From Paragordius varius (taxonomy: Eukaryota; Animalia; Nematomorpha): a stretch of DNA of 64,000 bases. The position numbers were made by a program, and so were the translations under genes. The notes beneath the pieces were generated by a model. It searched no databases and had not been told where the DNA came from. It saw only the letters and a program-made list of their open reading frames with translations. This document shows, piece after piece, positions 24,701 through 38,963 of the stretch; positions within the stretch are counted from its first letter, which is position 1; each line of letters opens with the position of its first letter. The stretch spans positions 5,022,001 through 5,086,000 of the forward strand of contig OZ176050.1 in the NCBI GenBank assembly GCA_964247055.1, read 5' to 3'.

Positions 24701-27700
24701 TAATTTTTTTATAGATTTATTTCTTTATATTTTAATTTAGCTTTAAAATATTTATCGCATAATCAGTTTTTGCTCCTTAAATCAGGGTGTTCAGCATGGT
24801 GTTCCGAGTATTTTGTGTAAGCCGCGAAAAAATTGAGAAAATGCAAATAAAATCGAAATATTATAATTTGGATCTTTACAAAACCTTGTTATATTGGTAT
24901 TCCTTAAACAAATCTAATCTCAAATAAATGTTTACCAATTTTAGCATTAAACTAGCTTTAATTTGCGATATAAATAGTAGTTGCTTTGAATTTTTTAGAG
25001 TCCTATGTTTGATTGAATATATTTCTTAATATTCCCTTATTTTTATTTATTCAACCCGCCAGATTTTTTGATATTAGGCCAACCTAATTTAAATCTTAAT
25101 ATTTATTCTCGGAGCAAATGCGTCATGAGCCAGTAATCGATGTGATTATGACTGTAAATTCCACTTCAACACAACACCATAAAATACTAATACTTTTTTA
25201 GATAAGAATATTTATGATTCCCGATTTTGTGCACTGTCTTATGAGACATTATTTTAAAACTTTAAAATTAATTGATAGAAATTCATATTAACATACAAGC
25301 ATTCAATCCAACTACTTCAGTTTTTTAAAATAGTATATATAAAAAATTTGATTATATGAATTGTGATTTTTTTGGGCCAATGACATTAAAACAGACGCAT
25401 GTTTTTAATAACAACAAAAATGCCGGGACTATTTTATACGTTTCAATTTTTAAACTATATGATAAAATATGATATTGTTGAATATTATTTAAAGTTATAG
25501 ACAAAATAGTCGAAATCAACTGTTAGTCGCATATTGCTTTTAAGTTTCGCTTAGAGAGCGTTTTTTAGATCTGGGATACCTAAAAAATCTTTTTTATAGT
25601 TAAAAGAACAACAATTTTAAAACATTTTAATAACAGTTGATCCTTTTCCCTAATTGCCACAATTAAGGGAAAATCATGGCTCTTTTTCTCTCTCCATAGA
25701 TTTTTTAATGTTAAAATTTAATTAATTAATTTTTATTTAATGATTTATAAAAATGCTCATTTTAATGGGAACACAAAGTCCTGATTTTTTACCTATTTTA
25801 ATGAAAATTTAACCTATACTTTTGTTTATAAAAGACCATTTACAACCCATTTCAAGTCCAAAATTATAAACAGCAATATATATATATATATATATGATCG
25901 GTATTTCGAGTGTTTTACAAATTTTAGAAAATGTAAAAAACCCTTAATATGATGGTCCCATAGCGGCGGATCTAATTTATATTCAGGTGCCAGAGCGTTT
26001 TCTAAACAAGCCAAGAATGTGAGAAGGTGGTTTCCCTTGGGAAAAACTAAGGGAGGTATCTGAACTCCATCATGTTTTATCAAGATTAGGATATCATTCA
26101 TATCAGCTATAATATGTATAATTAAATATAAATTTATAAACCGTTAATTAAATTTTATATTACAAAACCAATTAAAAGGTAATGCCCTTTTTGAGATATT
26201 ATCTATATATACACTAGTTGAAAGTTGCCAATTTTCTTAAATTTTAAACTTAGTTTTAACGAAACTATTTTGACAATTTGTCCAGAATTATAAAATTGTT
26301 TTCTAAACTGACATACCTCTATTTGTAGATATGAGAATCCAATAAGATTTTATCTAATATGGATACAATTATAATGAGTGCGCAAAAAAGGCACCTACAA
26401 TAAGCTGCTTTGACACTTCGATTCAAATTGGGGTATCTAAATACCCCAGACTAAATTTGAGTTAGGATTTCTAAAAAACTACTGAAGGAAACGGTTCCAA
26501 TTTAAATTACCTAATCAAAATTATATAAATATGCCAAAATATCTAAATAAAATTTTGTTTTGAAAAAAAGCTCCATGTCAAACTACTTCGACGCCATTTT
26601 TATTTTGCAAAATTTTTGCAAAATATCGTTTTCATTTAATTAGGGTAAAATTAAAGCTAATTTTCTATTTAAATTACATCTAACATTGATAGAAATAGAA
26701 AAAGCGGTTTATATTGTATTATTTCTTAATTTTACCATTGCACACATGTCACATTGACTAAAATTTTACCTTTCGGTTTTAGCTTAAAATAAGTAATATT
26801 AAGTATTTTTGAATAAAAAATTTTATATATTTCAGTTTATTAATGTTATATAAGTGCAATATTTTCCCATGGTTTCGATTCTTCCCATATTTTTTAAAGA
26901 ATTTAATTTTAAACAGGCCTGGGGTATTTAACTACCCCAATTTGAATCGAAGGACTAAAATGAATTTGTTGTATCCAAGTGTTAATACCAATTTATTCAT
27001 TATACATTTTTTAAGTGATTTTTATTTGCCTTGAAAAGGAGCGCGTAAACACACTTTTGCACCATACTGTTAAGAGCATCTTTAGAAATGATGCACACGC
27101 AAAACGATAAAAGGCATTGAACGTTTTTTAATTGTTAATTAAGCCAATAAAATATATATATTATCTGGAGTAAATTAAGTCTAATGTTTGTCTCAGCAAA
27201 GTTATTCAAATTACGCTTATTAAATTACAAAAAAATTTAACAATGATTGAAACTATTAAGATTAATAATTATTTCATTTTAACGTTAAGAAAGAGAGAAA
27301 TAAATCATATAAATTGAATGTATTTTCTCACTATAATTATGATTAATAATATTATTATGCAAACCATATTAAGGAATTTTAAGAAAATGCATACACAATT
27401 TGTAAAAAAAAATAATGATAATTAATGGTTATTTTCTTCTTATCTTAAATTATTTTTAAATTAATTTAGTATTTCGTATTAACATTTATAACTGCGTTTG
27501 TTCAAAACAATGAGCAATGGCTTATATATATGGCACACAAATAATTTTCCAAAAAATCGATATTAATTAAAAATACCTTGCTCTCTTTCTCTCCGTCCTT
27601 TTAAAAGAAAATGGAATAATAAAAAACACCGTCTTTCTAAAATTTTTAGCAAGCAAGATTTCATTAGTCCTATTTATATTATTAATATTGTAATCGTGTT

Positions 27701-29782
27701 TGTGTCTTTCAAGGCTTGTAAAAAACAAAATTATTCAAAAAACATAAAAATTTGATTTAATCACAATGATTATAAATGAATTAAATAAGCGCCAAACAAA
27801 CAATAACTGAAACATAAATACTAAAAATCTATATATATATGGATATTAAACATATGGTTGCAAAAAATGTCGAAAATACATAGATTCACCTTTTGGCCGA
27901 AAACAAAAACATTTTACTGGAATGGACTACCTCTTAATCGCCAAATACCCAATTTAATTAAATTTCTTCTTTGAGGGAGGGTTTGTTACATAAAATTAGA
28001 ATTTTTAAATAGCATAACCCTAATAGTTATAAGAATTTGTGGTTGTTGATGACTCTACCTTCAATTATAGGAAACTATAAGTGGTGTTTTCTTATATAAA
28101 ATACACCAATATATGATCAAAGGTTATGGCAGTAATATGCAGTTTTTATGGTATGAAAGAATCAAAAATTTTAAAATTTGTTCGGTATTAATATACTTTT
28201 GCGCTGTGTCGGTTGACGTTTAACCGTTTATTAATTAAGGTTTATTGTAATAAAATCAAAAGTTGATCAAGTTTTAAAGTTACGGATTAAAATGTTTTTT
28301 GCGAAATTAACATAGAATATTTCGGTTTCGCTACATTGATCCATGAAACGTTGGAAATTAAAACGGACATAAGCCACATAAAGCAAAAGCAACTCTATTA
28401 ACAAATTTCAATGAACTTGTAAGTGTTTTAGATAGTCTTTAAAGTTTATGAACGAAACCAAAAATAATATAAACACAACATGCATTAAATGATATGACAA
28501 AGAGGGCCTAACTCGGCTTTTTACTCTGCGCATGTTAGTTTGATAAACCATCGCCCAAAATTGGTTATTTTCATTGATTTTAATTAAATAATATATAATT
28601 TGGAAATTATGTTGAATGATATTTAATATACCCGATTTAGAAAAAAACAGTTAGGAGGATAATTGTAAGCGTCCACTAAACTTATCATTCCATTACCAGG
28701 CATTATCCTTAAAAAATATTTTTAAATTTCTTACAATCGGCATAAATAGATACTAAACAGATATTATGAATGGCCATTTGATGCCAAATAAAATAAAGCC
28801 ACCCTACCCAATATGACAAAAAAGGAAAATTGAAATTACAATAGAACATATAGGCGCACCATTTCTTCAGATACATTTGATTTTGTCATAATAAACCCAG
28901 AAAATTATAAAACAGATCGGAGTGGATTAGTTTAACGTAAACACAAACCACGTAAATAGACTGAATGCGAAGAAATTATAAATCTAATCGCGCTAGACCG
29001 CATTAAATGACGCTTATTACATTTGAATTACGGAAAAAGGAGATATACCAACTACATTAATATTTTTACATTTATATGGTTTTCTAATCAAACATAATAA
29101 TTTTAACATACCTTAAATAAAGATCTTAGCATATATTAAACCAAAATGATTGTTTAAATGGACAACTTTAGCGATTAAGAGGTAGGTCATGCAAACGTTT
29201 GACAAATTTTTGGCTAATATTTTTCCGAAAATCACCTTAAAAATTTTAAGACATTTGCTTAAAGCTACATCTTATAAGGATAACTAAAGCGTACTATTAA
29301 AGAGAAAATAATCATAAGGTTTAAATAAAATAGTATAAATTAAGTTTGTCTAAGTTTTATAGAGTAAGTTTTACTGTATATAATTAAATTATGTTTTGGC
29401 GCAATAGAAGATAAAAAATTGACAGTTATAATAAGATAAAGACCAATTTAAATAAAGCCAATTAATAAATTAAACTTAATATAAATATCAAAAGAAAAAC
29501 TAATCAAAAATTTCTATTCGTTACATAAAAATTATATTATTGGAAAAAATTATCTTAAAAAAATTTTGGACATAACAAACCTTTTAATATTCATTATTCA
29601 TGTAACACAGACACACACACACAATGGATGACAAACTATTCAAAGAAAAAGAGACATAATGCGCATATAGCTAAAATTATTTTTCCTTTATCTATCTATT
29701 ATGCAATTAGCATTTAGATTGAATTAGTTAATGTCAGTGTTAGACATCATTATTATATTTTTGCCTATTAAACAAACAGAAT

Positions 29783-29827
<45 letters not shown>

Positions 29828-32800
29828 GCTAAAGTTTCCATAAAATTCCACACTTAAAGTATATATATAAAATACTTACATCGTTGGTGACAATGAATGT
29901 AAACAATTTTGGAAAGGTCAACACAGAGTGGTTGTGGTGTTTGTAGATTAAGGACTGGATTCCAAGGTTGTTGCAACGCCTCAACATTAGAGGATACATC
30001 ATTGTCATTTATTTTGTATTCCAAAGCGTTCACATCATCCTTTATATCATTGGAAATGGAGGATTTAGTATCGTGAGGATTGTCTACGCAGCAATCTAAT
30101 GGCTTGTTGGTATAACCAATGTTTAAATTTTTTTCTGTTGTTGTTATTGGATAAAGTAATGACATGTTATTACTAGTGTGTTCTGACCACTTGTCAATGA
30201 AAGGATTGTTATTTGAATGATTGTTTTGATGAGGCATTTGGTTGTTTGTGGTGTCCTGAAGCGTTGGCAGTATATTTGAATCAAATGATACATCATGTTG
30301 CTTGAGAAGCGTTTGATTTGGGGTCCATCTCAAAAGTAACTTTACACGCTTAGTTTCGTCAAAAGATGCATTTTTGAGTAGTTGATTGTTATCAGTAATA
30401 GATTTATCGTGTCTCAACATTATTAATTTGTGCATTGATAAATAGCCGGGCACAATGGCTTTTTGGTTATTAATATTATTGTATGAGGACGTTTCAAGGT
30501 CACAATAATCTTGAATACAAACGTTATTTTTGCCGTAAATTTGGCTTTCCTCCACGATAGTGTAACCAAGTCTGTCCCAACGTTCAATCATTTTAATATA
30601 GGGGTCATCATGTCCGTCATGGTGTGAAACCATTTGGCTATCCGCAGTTAAGGGTAATTTATCAAGAATTAGGTTAACAGGTGTAGGAGTAAGGTTAGGT
30701 GTTAATGGTAACGCAAATGACAAATTATTGTTTAATGAGTTTGTCGACAGTTCTTTGCGTTTAATGGTTTGGCCTGTTTGTTGTGATGAATTCAAACTTG
30801 TTTCTGCTGGGTTATATTGATGTACAGGTGGAAAAAACCCATAGGCATTATAAGGTGGGGCATATATAGCTTGATAGGGGTATGCAGAATGTACGATAGT
30901 ACCCCCATTTGTCGACAAAGGCAAATTAGAGGTAAGGGATGTAGTGTTGACATCAATATTTTGTGATGTTTCTATCGGCACCATACTTTGTGCATTAGAT
31001 TTTTGGTGGTCCTTTTCCTGTTTTAGGTTAGTCTCGTTAATGCGTTTCTGATCGGTCGACGTTTTATCATAGTTATTAGTATTATTATTTAGTCCCATGA
31101 TTTCATCATCATCAAGTGATTTGGTAACGTTGTTACTGTTGTTGTTAGTGTTAGTGTAGGCATCATTTTGCCTTGTTGCACCATTTTCATTTGTAAGGAT
31201 CATTGATACTTCCCCGCTATTTTCTCGCAACAATTGTAGCGAGGACGATGAGAATCCGTGATGCAAGTGCGCTCTTTGAGGTTTGGCCGTGTGCCTTGTC
31301 ATGCTGAAAATATTTTTGCAACTTTCCTGAGATTGCATATAATTTGCGGCACGTGCTTGACTCCGTTTAAGTAATTCGTAGGCCGGAAGCTCTCCGGCCG
31401 AATAACTTGCATAATCGGCCGAAATCTCTTGCGCCAACTTTTGTTTGATCAACATTTTGTTTGGCGTATTAGAATTCTTGCCAGTGTCATAATTACGCAG
31501 CAATGATAATGATGCCGATTGCATATTGTTATTATTGTAAACATTGAAATTGTTACAACTTTGAACTGTAGGATATTTGTCTGATTTGCTTGACATTGAT
31601 GATGATTTGTTAAAAGTCGACGGTGTATATGTGATAGCAAGAGTTGGACCAATTAACAGGGAAAGAAATACTGGTGCCCTGACAGCATCATTCATAAGGG
31701 CGTTTTTGTCATAATATTCTGGCCCATAGTTCATAATCTCCTCAATTATGTTTGTTAGACGGTGGGTTATCAAAGCTATTATAATCCATGTGTACCTATT
31801 TTGTATGAAAAAATGTTATTATTAGTAAAAAAAACACCCGGCATAGCAAACATAAACTGTTTGATATGCAATTACCTATTTTGTGCCGCTGTTGTAGAAA
31901 CAATTAAGGGAGACTGATTGATTGCAGACATTCGAATTATGTGACCACTCCTATTATGAGAAAATACTGGGGGTGATGATTCAGTACTAGAGAGTGGCAT
32001 ATTTCCTGAAGCTAATGAGGCAGATTGCTGCGAATTCGAAGAGTATCCAGAAGATGACCCAAAGCTGAATAACGAGGATGATTTTGGAGCTTTTTTGGGG
32101 GTCGTTTCATTGATATTTCCAATTTCGGCCGATTTATTAGTGTTAATGTTGCAGGGATAAGATGCATTGACAGTTGTGGCATTTTGGGAACCAATTAAAG
32201 TATTCTCTAACGAACGATTTTTGGACATCATCATGGTGGTATTGGAGAATGCTTGTTTGTTTTTGGGTAGTAACGTATCATTTTGCAAGGCATATTCAGT
32301 ACTGGGCCATGTACGTTGTTTCCCTTTACTTGGTGTGGGTCGAGTGAAATTAAACATTTTCCTAAAAGCAAATACATTCGTCATCCAATTAATAAATGTG
32401 ATTGTCAATTCGTGATAATTGTTAAATTATTTTTAAATAAATCTATTTAGAAATTTCATTCATTTTTCCTTTTAATCAAAAAAATAGAGTTAACCTTTTT
32501 TTTTGTTTAAATAACAGCATTTTATAATATTAAAAGCTATTATTTACATTTAATAACAAAAATCGGGTGTTAAAAATTTTTTACCATTTCTTTATTATTT
32601 ATTAATTTAGATAAATTTGCAATTATTCTGTAAATTATAAAAGCATCCAAAATGTACATTTTCATGTCCTGGAAAAAACACTATAGTAACGCTAAATATC
32701 TTATAAATTGGAAAAAACAATAATTTTTAAATAAAAAGAAAACATTTGAAATACTGTTTTCTGATCACCTCTTAAAATCAATAATTCCAAATATTACCTA

Positions 32801-33260
32801 TGCATATTATTACCTGCCCATATATTATCGATTTTATATATTTTATAAATATAAGGTAAATGAATAATATATTACAAACCGAGATAAGGAATTAGCAATA
32901 GAATATTCTCTGAATGTATCATCGATAAATTGGACCAGCTCCGAACATGGTCCTGGTTGTTTAGCTATTTTATAAAGTAAAGCTGTCGTAGTGTTGGTCC
33001 TGAAAAGACCAATGGCTCTTCGTTTAAGTCCATGTGAAAGACATAAATCAACACTTGCTATATTATTTAGGTAAAACATTTTACCACATAATGAAAGAAC
33101 TGATGCACTATCTTCGGGTATGCCTTTCTTGGTTACAGACTCTTCCATTAAATGTTTAACCTGTAAATTAAAATTTTAAAACTTGTTTTTTCACCACATT
33201 TATCAATTTTTCCTTTAAGTCTGATGTATAATATAAAAAATATATACCTTCCAATTCCAT
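13900..33260 (-). CDS. SGSM1/2: Small G protein signaling modulator (SGSM1/2-like, RUTBC): RUN + PH-like + TBC Rab-GAP; 26 exons, ~2,089 aa
   Basis: Exons: 33260-33248, 33220-33183, 33160-33085, 33057-32880, 32361-31876, 31795-29880, 26106-25942, 23787-23567, 20815-20398, 20147-19837, 19676-19615, 19092-19028, 18967-18801, 18674-18606, 18540-18396, 18320-17748, 17084-17030, 16933-16869, 16499-16427, 16334-16218, 15963-15704, 15632-15511, 15062-14852, 14649-14537, 14470-14374, 14153-13900. Sum 6270 nt with consistent phases. Motifs: [22 protein letters not shown]; IVYIHCHQ; [25 protein letters not shown]; IWPFLL; [15 protein letters not shown]; GYFQGMCDL; [15 protein letters not shown]; [13 protein letters not shown]. 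Confidence 0.93.
26414..26981 (+). mobile_element. piggyBac-like MITE family P, copy 2 (in SGSM intron)
   Basis: CACTTCGATTCAAATTGGGGTATC... / ...GTATCCAAGTG followed by TTAA. Left flank is TTGA. Confidence 0.85.
29786..29826. repeat. (AAT)n microsatellite in SGSM intron
   Basis: About 13 consecutive TAA units. Confidence 0.95.
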
Positions 33261-34020
33261 TATTTTAAAAATTTGAATATAATTACCACATGATAAATTT
33301 GAGACTGCAACAGTGCATAAACGGGTGATAACAGAGTGTACGTAAAAAAATAGCTTAATGAAAAATACATATTCTGCTGGGAAAATGTGTCAAAGTCATA
33401 ATTATGCTTTTTATTTTGACCCTTACAAATGTTTAAGATTTTCAATCTTTTTTGGTAATTGCTCCATATTAAAAAATAGCAAAATTTGGGCTAATTTTTT
33501 CAATAAGTTTTTTTTGTGAAAGCTAAATAATATCTCATATGCTACCTACAAAATCAAACAATATATTAAAAAAATTAAATTGTTAGATAGCTCCGAAAAT
33601 TCCAAATCTTGTTGCTGTTCTAAAATGAGCTTTAAAATAAAGTCAAAATGTCGGGATTTAGCATATATTATAAATATATGCTAAATTTTGATATGAACTA
33701 AAAAAGAATATTAACACTTTATGACCTTTAAAATATTCTATCCGCAATGACATATTGGGGTAGTTATATACATTCAATCTAGAGTGCGGTGATAAAAAAG
33801 TCGCACTTGACATTAAGTCAAGCTTAGCAGTTGAGCACGGCCAGCTAGTGTACACTTGAAGATCGGCGATAAAAACTTAGTCAAGTTATTTACTTAATGT
33901 AACATTTTTTTGCCATCCAATTAGAATTTATGGAAATTTTTTTGATCATTTTCCAAAACTCATGGATTAAGGCACAAAAAATAAACAACCAATACAAGTT
34001 TCATTTATTGAAGTTTTTCG

Positions 34021-36262
34021 AACTCAGTGGGATGTATCTTATTTAATGTTATAAATTTTTCTATAATCTTTATATTGAGCCCGGTAACACAAATTTTTTA
34101 GTTGATTAAATCATTCACTCTTACAGTCTATATTTTACCACATTATTCATAGTAATAGGACATTTGCAAATATATTGGGAAGATGTTTATACAATATAGA
34201 ATAATTTTATTTTTATTTGATATTTGAATAAATTTATGATGAAATATACTATTTACATGTTTTTCCGTAAGTATTTAGCGTTAATTATTTATTGTAAAAC
34301 GAAGATTTGAAAATTTTAAACAAGATAAATATTTAATAAACAATTTTAAGATATTATTTTTTTGCAGGTTCACGGAATAGATAAATTTGGCATATTTTTA
34401 TCTTCTAAAAATTTATCCTCTTTTGTATCCACTATTTAAAATAGGTTAATTAGCCAAAAATTATCAAATCAAAAGTTTATAGCATTAACAAAGGTTTCAA
34501 TTGCATATAGAACTTAATTATCTATATAAAAAGTTTTCAAAATAATGTTATAAATATTTTAAATCAGTCAAGTGTGCTATACACCACACTTTCCTAATCT
34601 TAAGGTTTTACTTAATCATATGATTTTTTATCATCTCCGAATAAAGTTTCCTAGCTTGACTTAACTCCTCTAATGCTAAAATTTTTTTATCACATGAAAG
34701 AAAGCCCTAACTTAAAAAACTATCAAATCAATCAAAAAAATTTCATCACTCACTTCTAGTATAAATACACTACTGTTGTGAAAGTTATTTTACTTAAATT
34801 TAAATTATCAATGTGCATATAGTAGAAAAAAGTTTATATATTTTCCAGTTTTGTGACTTCCAGAATCTAAAATTAGGACAAAGCCAAAAGAGGCTCGAAA
34901 CGAACAGCTGATAAAAAATCAATATACGTCAAATTTGGGTAAAATAAAAGTTTTAAAGCTTTTAAAGTCGGTTATTTACATTTTTTAACCATGATATACA
35001 TTTTTGCCTGTTTTTTACAAATATTTTTAAATAAAAAATCTCTTGTATACAGAGGCGTAGCTTGCATTTCAGGTGCCTGCATGAATCCGTGATGACGTGC
35101 CCCTCATATAATCAAATTCATACCGTGGTCATCACCACTCATAAATGGTGATTTTTTTATGTATTAAATAATAACTTTTAAATACCTATTTTTCAAATAA
35201 AATTAAATTTTTTTAAAATCCGGCACCCCTTCAACTGTGGGGCCCGGTGCATCAACCCCCCTTTCCCCCCCTCTAATTACACATCTGCTTGTATAACACA
35301 TATCAGGATATTATGTGCTCCTGGTTTTGGCGCTTGGATTGATATAAGAATTTATTTACTTCTAAAGGTAACTGCTCTATATCAAAAAAGGTAAAATTTG
35401 TCCTCATTTTTTCAAAAATTTTTTTGGTGTAAGGTCAAATGCTTCATTCCAAATAATATCACCAAAATTTATTATTAACTACATATAAATAGCAAAATAA
35501 TATTTTTCGATTTTTTTAAATGTGGGCTAGGATATTCTCAAATCATACAGCTCCTCTAAAATGGGCTTGTTTTCTTGAAATAAACGGAAAAATTTTGATA
35601 TCAACTAAAAAAATTTTAAAAATACATACATTTTGCAAGAATAAGCGTACGAGGCATGATGGAAACGGTATAAAAAAGGCTTTAAAATAATAGAAAACAC
35701 TTTTTCCATATAATGATGATGCTACACATTATCATCTCAGAATATATCCGTTTGTCTTTAAGTGAATGTTAAATTTTTATGTCATGGCCAGCTTTCATGT
35801 GAAGTAAAAAATTTAACATTAGACGACTTAAGTCGAGAATGAAAACTTGATTCGGAGGTGATAAAAATCATAAGATCAAGGAAAACTTAATTTTGCATAT
35901 ATGGTCTAGTAGGGCACACTTGACAGGTTTAAAAATATAAATAAAAGTATTTTGGAAACTATTTATGTATATTTAGGTTTTATGTGCAATTAAAACCTTT
36001 GTTAATGCTATAATTATTTGATCATTTTTGGTTAATTTAATTCAAATTGGGCAGATACAAATAATTATAAATTTAAGATAACTTTGCTATTAGGATCTAT
36101 GCCTATAAAAATATGCTAAAATTATTAATTCCGTGAACCCATAAAAAATTTGATTCTGAAAATATCTTAAAATTAATAATTAAATATTATTCTTGTTTAA
36201 AATTTTCAATCTTCGTTTTACATAAAATAACACTGGACAATAAATTTTTCTGCCACTGAGTT
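34021..36262. mobile_element. Large fold-back element with ~500-700 bp imperfect inverted arms
   Basis: Inverted matches: AACTCAGTGG/CCACTGAGTT; AACGAAGATTTGAAAATTTTAAACAAG/CTTGTTTAAAATTTTCAATCTTCGTT; TATAGCATTAACAAAGGTTT/AAACCTTTGTTAATGCTATA; GTCAAGTGTGC/GCACACTTGAC. Confidence 0.7.
35050..35287. mobile_element. hAT-type MITE, family B (CAGAGGCGTAGC end)
   Basis: Perfect 8-bp TSD CTTGTATA at 35042-35049 and 35288-35295. Imperfect TIRs CAGAGGCGTAGCT / CTAATTACACATCTG. Confidence 0.8.
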
Positions 36263-36789
36263 TTTTGCATTTTCTGATATTTACTATCATTTTAACAGAT
36301 CTGAAATAATTTTAATTCCACCTAAGAATTTTGTATAATATAATTTTTTGATTATGCGCTCTCTTTATCAAAGTTTTAATAAAAAATGTTTTTCTTTGCA
36401 AAAATACAATGCCCATTTGTAAACTAACATTCAATAGAGTAAAAACTCTATAAAATGCATACTAATATCGATAGTTAATATTTGACATAGGAAGCGACAA
36501 ACACGCGAAGCGGGTTTTTCTCAATATATTTTTAAAACTAATGGAAGAAAATAGCTATCTAGATGGCGATGAATGTTAATATGTCATTCTTAAATATTGT
36601 CTGGTATTTAGATACCTTAATTCGAATCGAGGTGTTTATAAAACTAGTGCACAAATCGCCAAAAAGTACATTATCTGAATGTTTTCCGATTAAAATTATC
36701 ATGTTTGTGATTTTTGATTAGAGAAATCATATACATTTTCCACGATCGAAAATTTTATCTGAAAATGTATCCATGAAGAAAAATATATC

Positions 36790-37318
36790 AGGATAAGGGT
36801 GCCAAATCCATTTCAGCTCTTCGATTTAAATTGGGGTAGTCAGATACCCTATTTGTTTGAAATTAAATATTTTAAAAATTATGGAATAAATTGATACCAT
36901 AGCAAAAGTTTGCCCTATATTAATTCACCATTCAAAAATACTTGATATTGCTTATTAAGAGGTGAAACCCAAAGGTAAAAATTTAGCAGACATCACATAT
37001 GTCCATTAGTTAAATATAAAAATGATGTAAAATATACCAATTTATCTTTTTATATCAATGTTAAATGTGATTTTAATAAAAAAGTAAGCTAAATTTTAGG
37101 CTTTGAATCAAATAACGATATTAAAAATGTAGTAAAATAATAATGGCATCCAAGTAGTTTTATACTGACCTATTTATAAAATTAAATTCTTGGCTTATTT
37201 ATATAATTTTGTTAGGATAGAAGCAGAAGTTTAAATTGAAACCGTTTCTTTCAGTAGTATTTTAAAAATATCAACTATTGTCCGGGGTATTTAGATACCC
37301 CAATTTGAATCAAAATGT
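36790..37318 (-). mobile_element. piggyBac-like MITE family P, older degenerate copy
   Basis: TTCGATTTAAATTGGGGTAG near 36820 and GGGGTATTTAGATACCCCAATTTGAATC near 37284-37311. A further end fragment lies at ~36600-36640. Confidence 0.7.
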
Positions 37319-37756
37319 TATAGAAATACACTGTGCAACAAAAATCTAGACGAAATATATATTTATTGATGGAAAAATGCCAGAATTTTAATGGTGCGTA
37401 GGCCTTATAAATATTTAGGAAATATGTTTTTACTTTTGTGTTAATTACTCCTTATTAAAAATTGACAAAATTTGAGCGCGTAATGATAAATAAAAAAATT
37501 TTGTAAGCTGAATGCTTCAATCCAAAAAATAATATTATTATTCACCATATAAATTCGGACCTGATGCATATTTTGATAAATAAATGTAACAGGTTTCTCA
37601 TGGTTATTTTGGTTTGGGGGCATAAAAAAGTTATTTGCACTTTTATGAGAATTGCTCGATAGCAAAAAATAATGAATATTATGATAAATAAAAATTTTTT
37701 GCATAGCTAAATGGTTCATTCCAAAAAAATTATAAAATAAACACGATTTTATTTAA

Positions 37757-38335
37757 CACTTGGATACAACACACTCATTTTAGTCCTTCAATTCAAATTG
37801 GGGTAGTTGGATACCCCAGGCCTGTTTAAAATCAAATACTTTAAAAAGTATGGAAGCAATCGAAACCATGGCAAAATTTTGCGCTTATATAACATTAATA
37901 AACCGAAATATATAAAAAATTTTATTCAAAAATACTTGATATTACTTATTTTGAGCTAAAACTGAAAGGTAAAAATTTAGTCAACGTGACATGTGTAAAT
38001 TTAAAATTTAAAAATAATACAAAATAAACCGCTTTTTCTATTTCTATCAATGTTAGATGTAATTTATATAAAAATAAGCTTTAGTTTTACCCTAAAAATT
38101 AAATGAAGACCATATTTTGCAAAATTTTTGTAAAATAAAAATGGCGTCGAAGTAGTTTGAGATGAAAATTTTTTTTCAAAACAAAATTTTATCAAGATAT
38201 TTTGGAATATTTATCTAATATTTATCAGGATAGAAGCATAAATTTAAATTGGGACCGTTTCCTTCAGTAGTTTTTTAAAAATTCCAACTTAAATTTAGTC
38301 TGGGGTATTTAGATACCCCAATTTGAATCGAAGTG
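37757..38335 (-). mobile_element. piggyBac-like MITE family P, copy 3
   Basis: Reverse-oriented full copy with TTAA on both sides (37753-37756, 38336-38339). Confidence 0.88.
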
Positions 38336-38963
38336 TTAAAGGCAAAATTATATAAAAAACATTTAAATAAGTGATCTCAAGTTTTAGCCCCTCCAATATG
38401 GGCTAGATTGTTTAAAAATGCAATAAAAAGATATTTTGGGTAACACATAAAAAAATATTTTCCAAAAAATTTAGAATTTTTTTAAAATTGAACTTATTTT
38501 ATGGTACTTTGTGGTATAGTGGGAAAGAGTATAAAATCCTTCTTTTTCTAAAAAATGTTCCAACCCCCCCCCCCCCCCCCCCCGTGCAACCTCTATAAAA
38601 AAATATTAATTTATAACCGTGAGAGGGAAAAGATGTGGCCTGTAATAAACACAAACACGTGAAAAAAACATGAACATTCAACCCCATTCCTTTGAAAATG
38701 ACGGTTTCTCAACAAATATATCAGTAATTAAAAAATTATGATATTAGTTTCTGCGCAAAAAGTTTTACTTAGTTAATTATAAATGTTATATAAAGCAATT
38801 CGAATGAGTAGCTTGACTGAAAAATCTTTTTTGGAAAATGGCTTGCGTAGAAAAAGAGTGGCAATCCTTAGGTTATAAAAACATCAAAAAATTGTTACAA
38901 AAATTATATATAAATTTTCATGAAAACTTATCTAGACATAAATATACCATATTATATAATTAA

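Noticed and set aside
33782-33850. Adjacent hairpins (GTGCG..CGCAC, CTTGAC..GTCAAG) upstream of SGSM as a structured ncRNA
   Set aside because: The stems are short, match no known family, and partly resemble the neighbouring fold-back element.
38565-38596. Poly-C tract with GTGCAACCTCTA as a G-quadruplex regulator
   Set aside because: More likely one end of a hAT-like MITE; the partner end was not identified, so it is not called.
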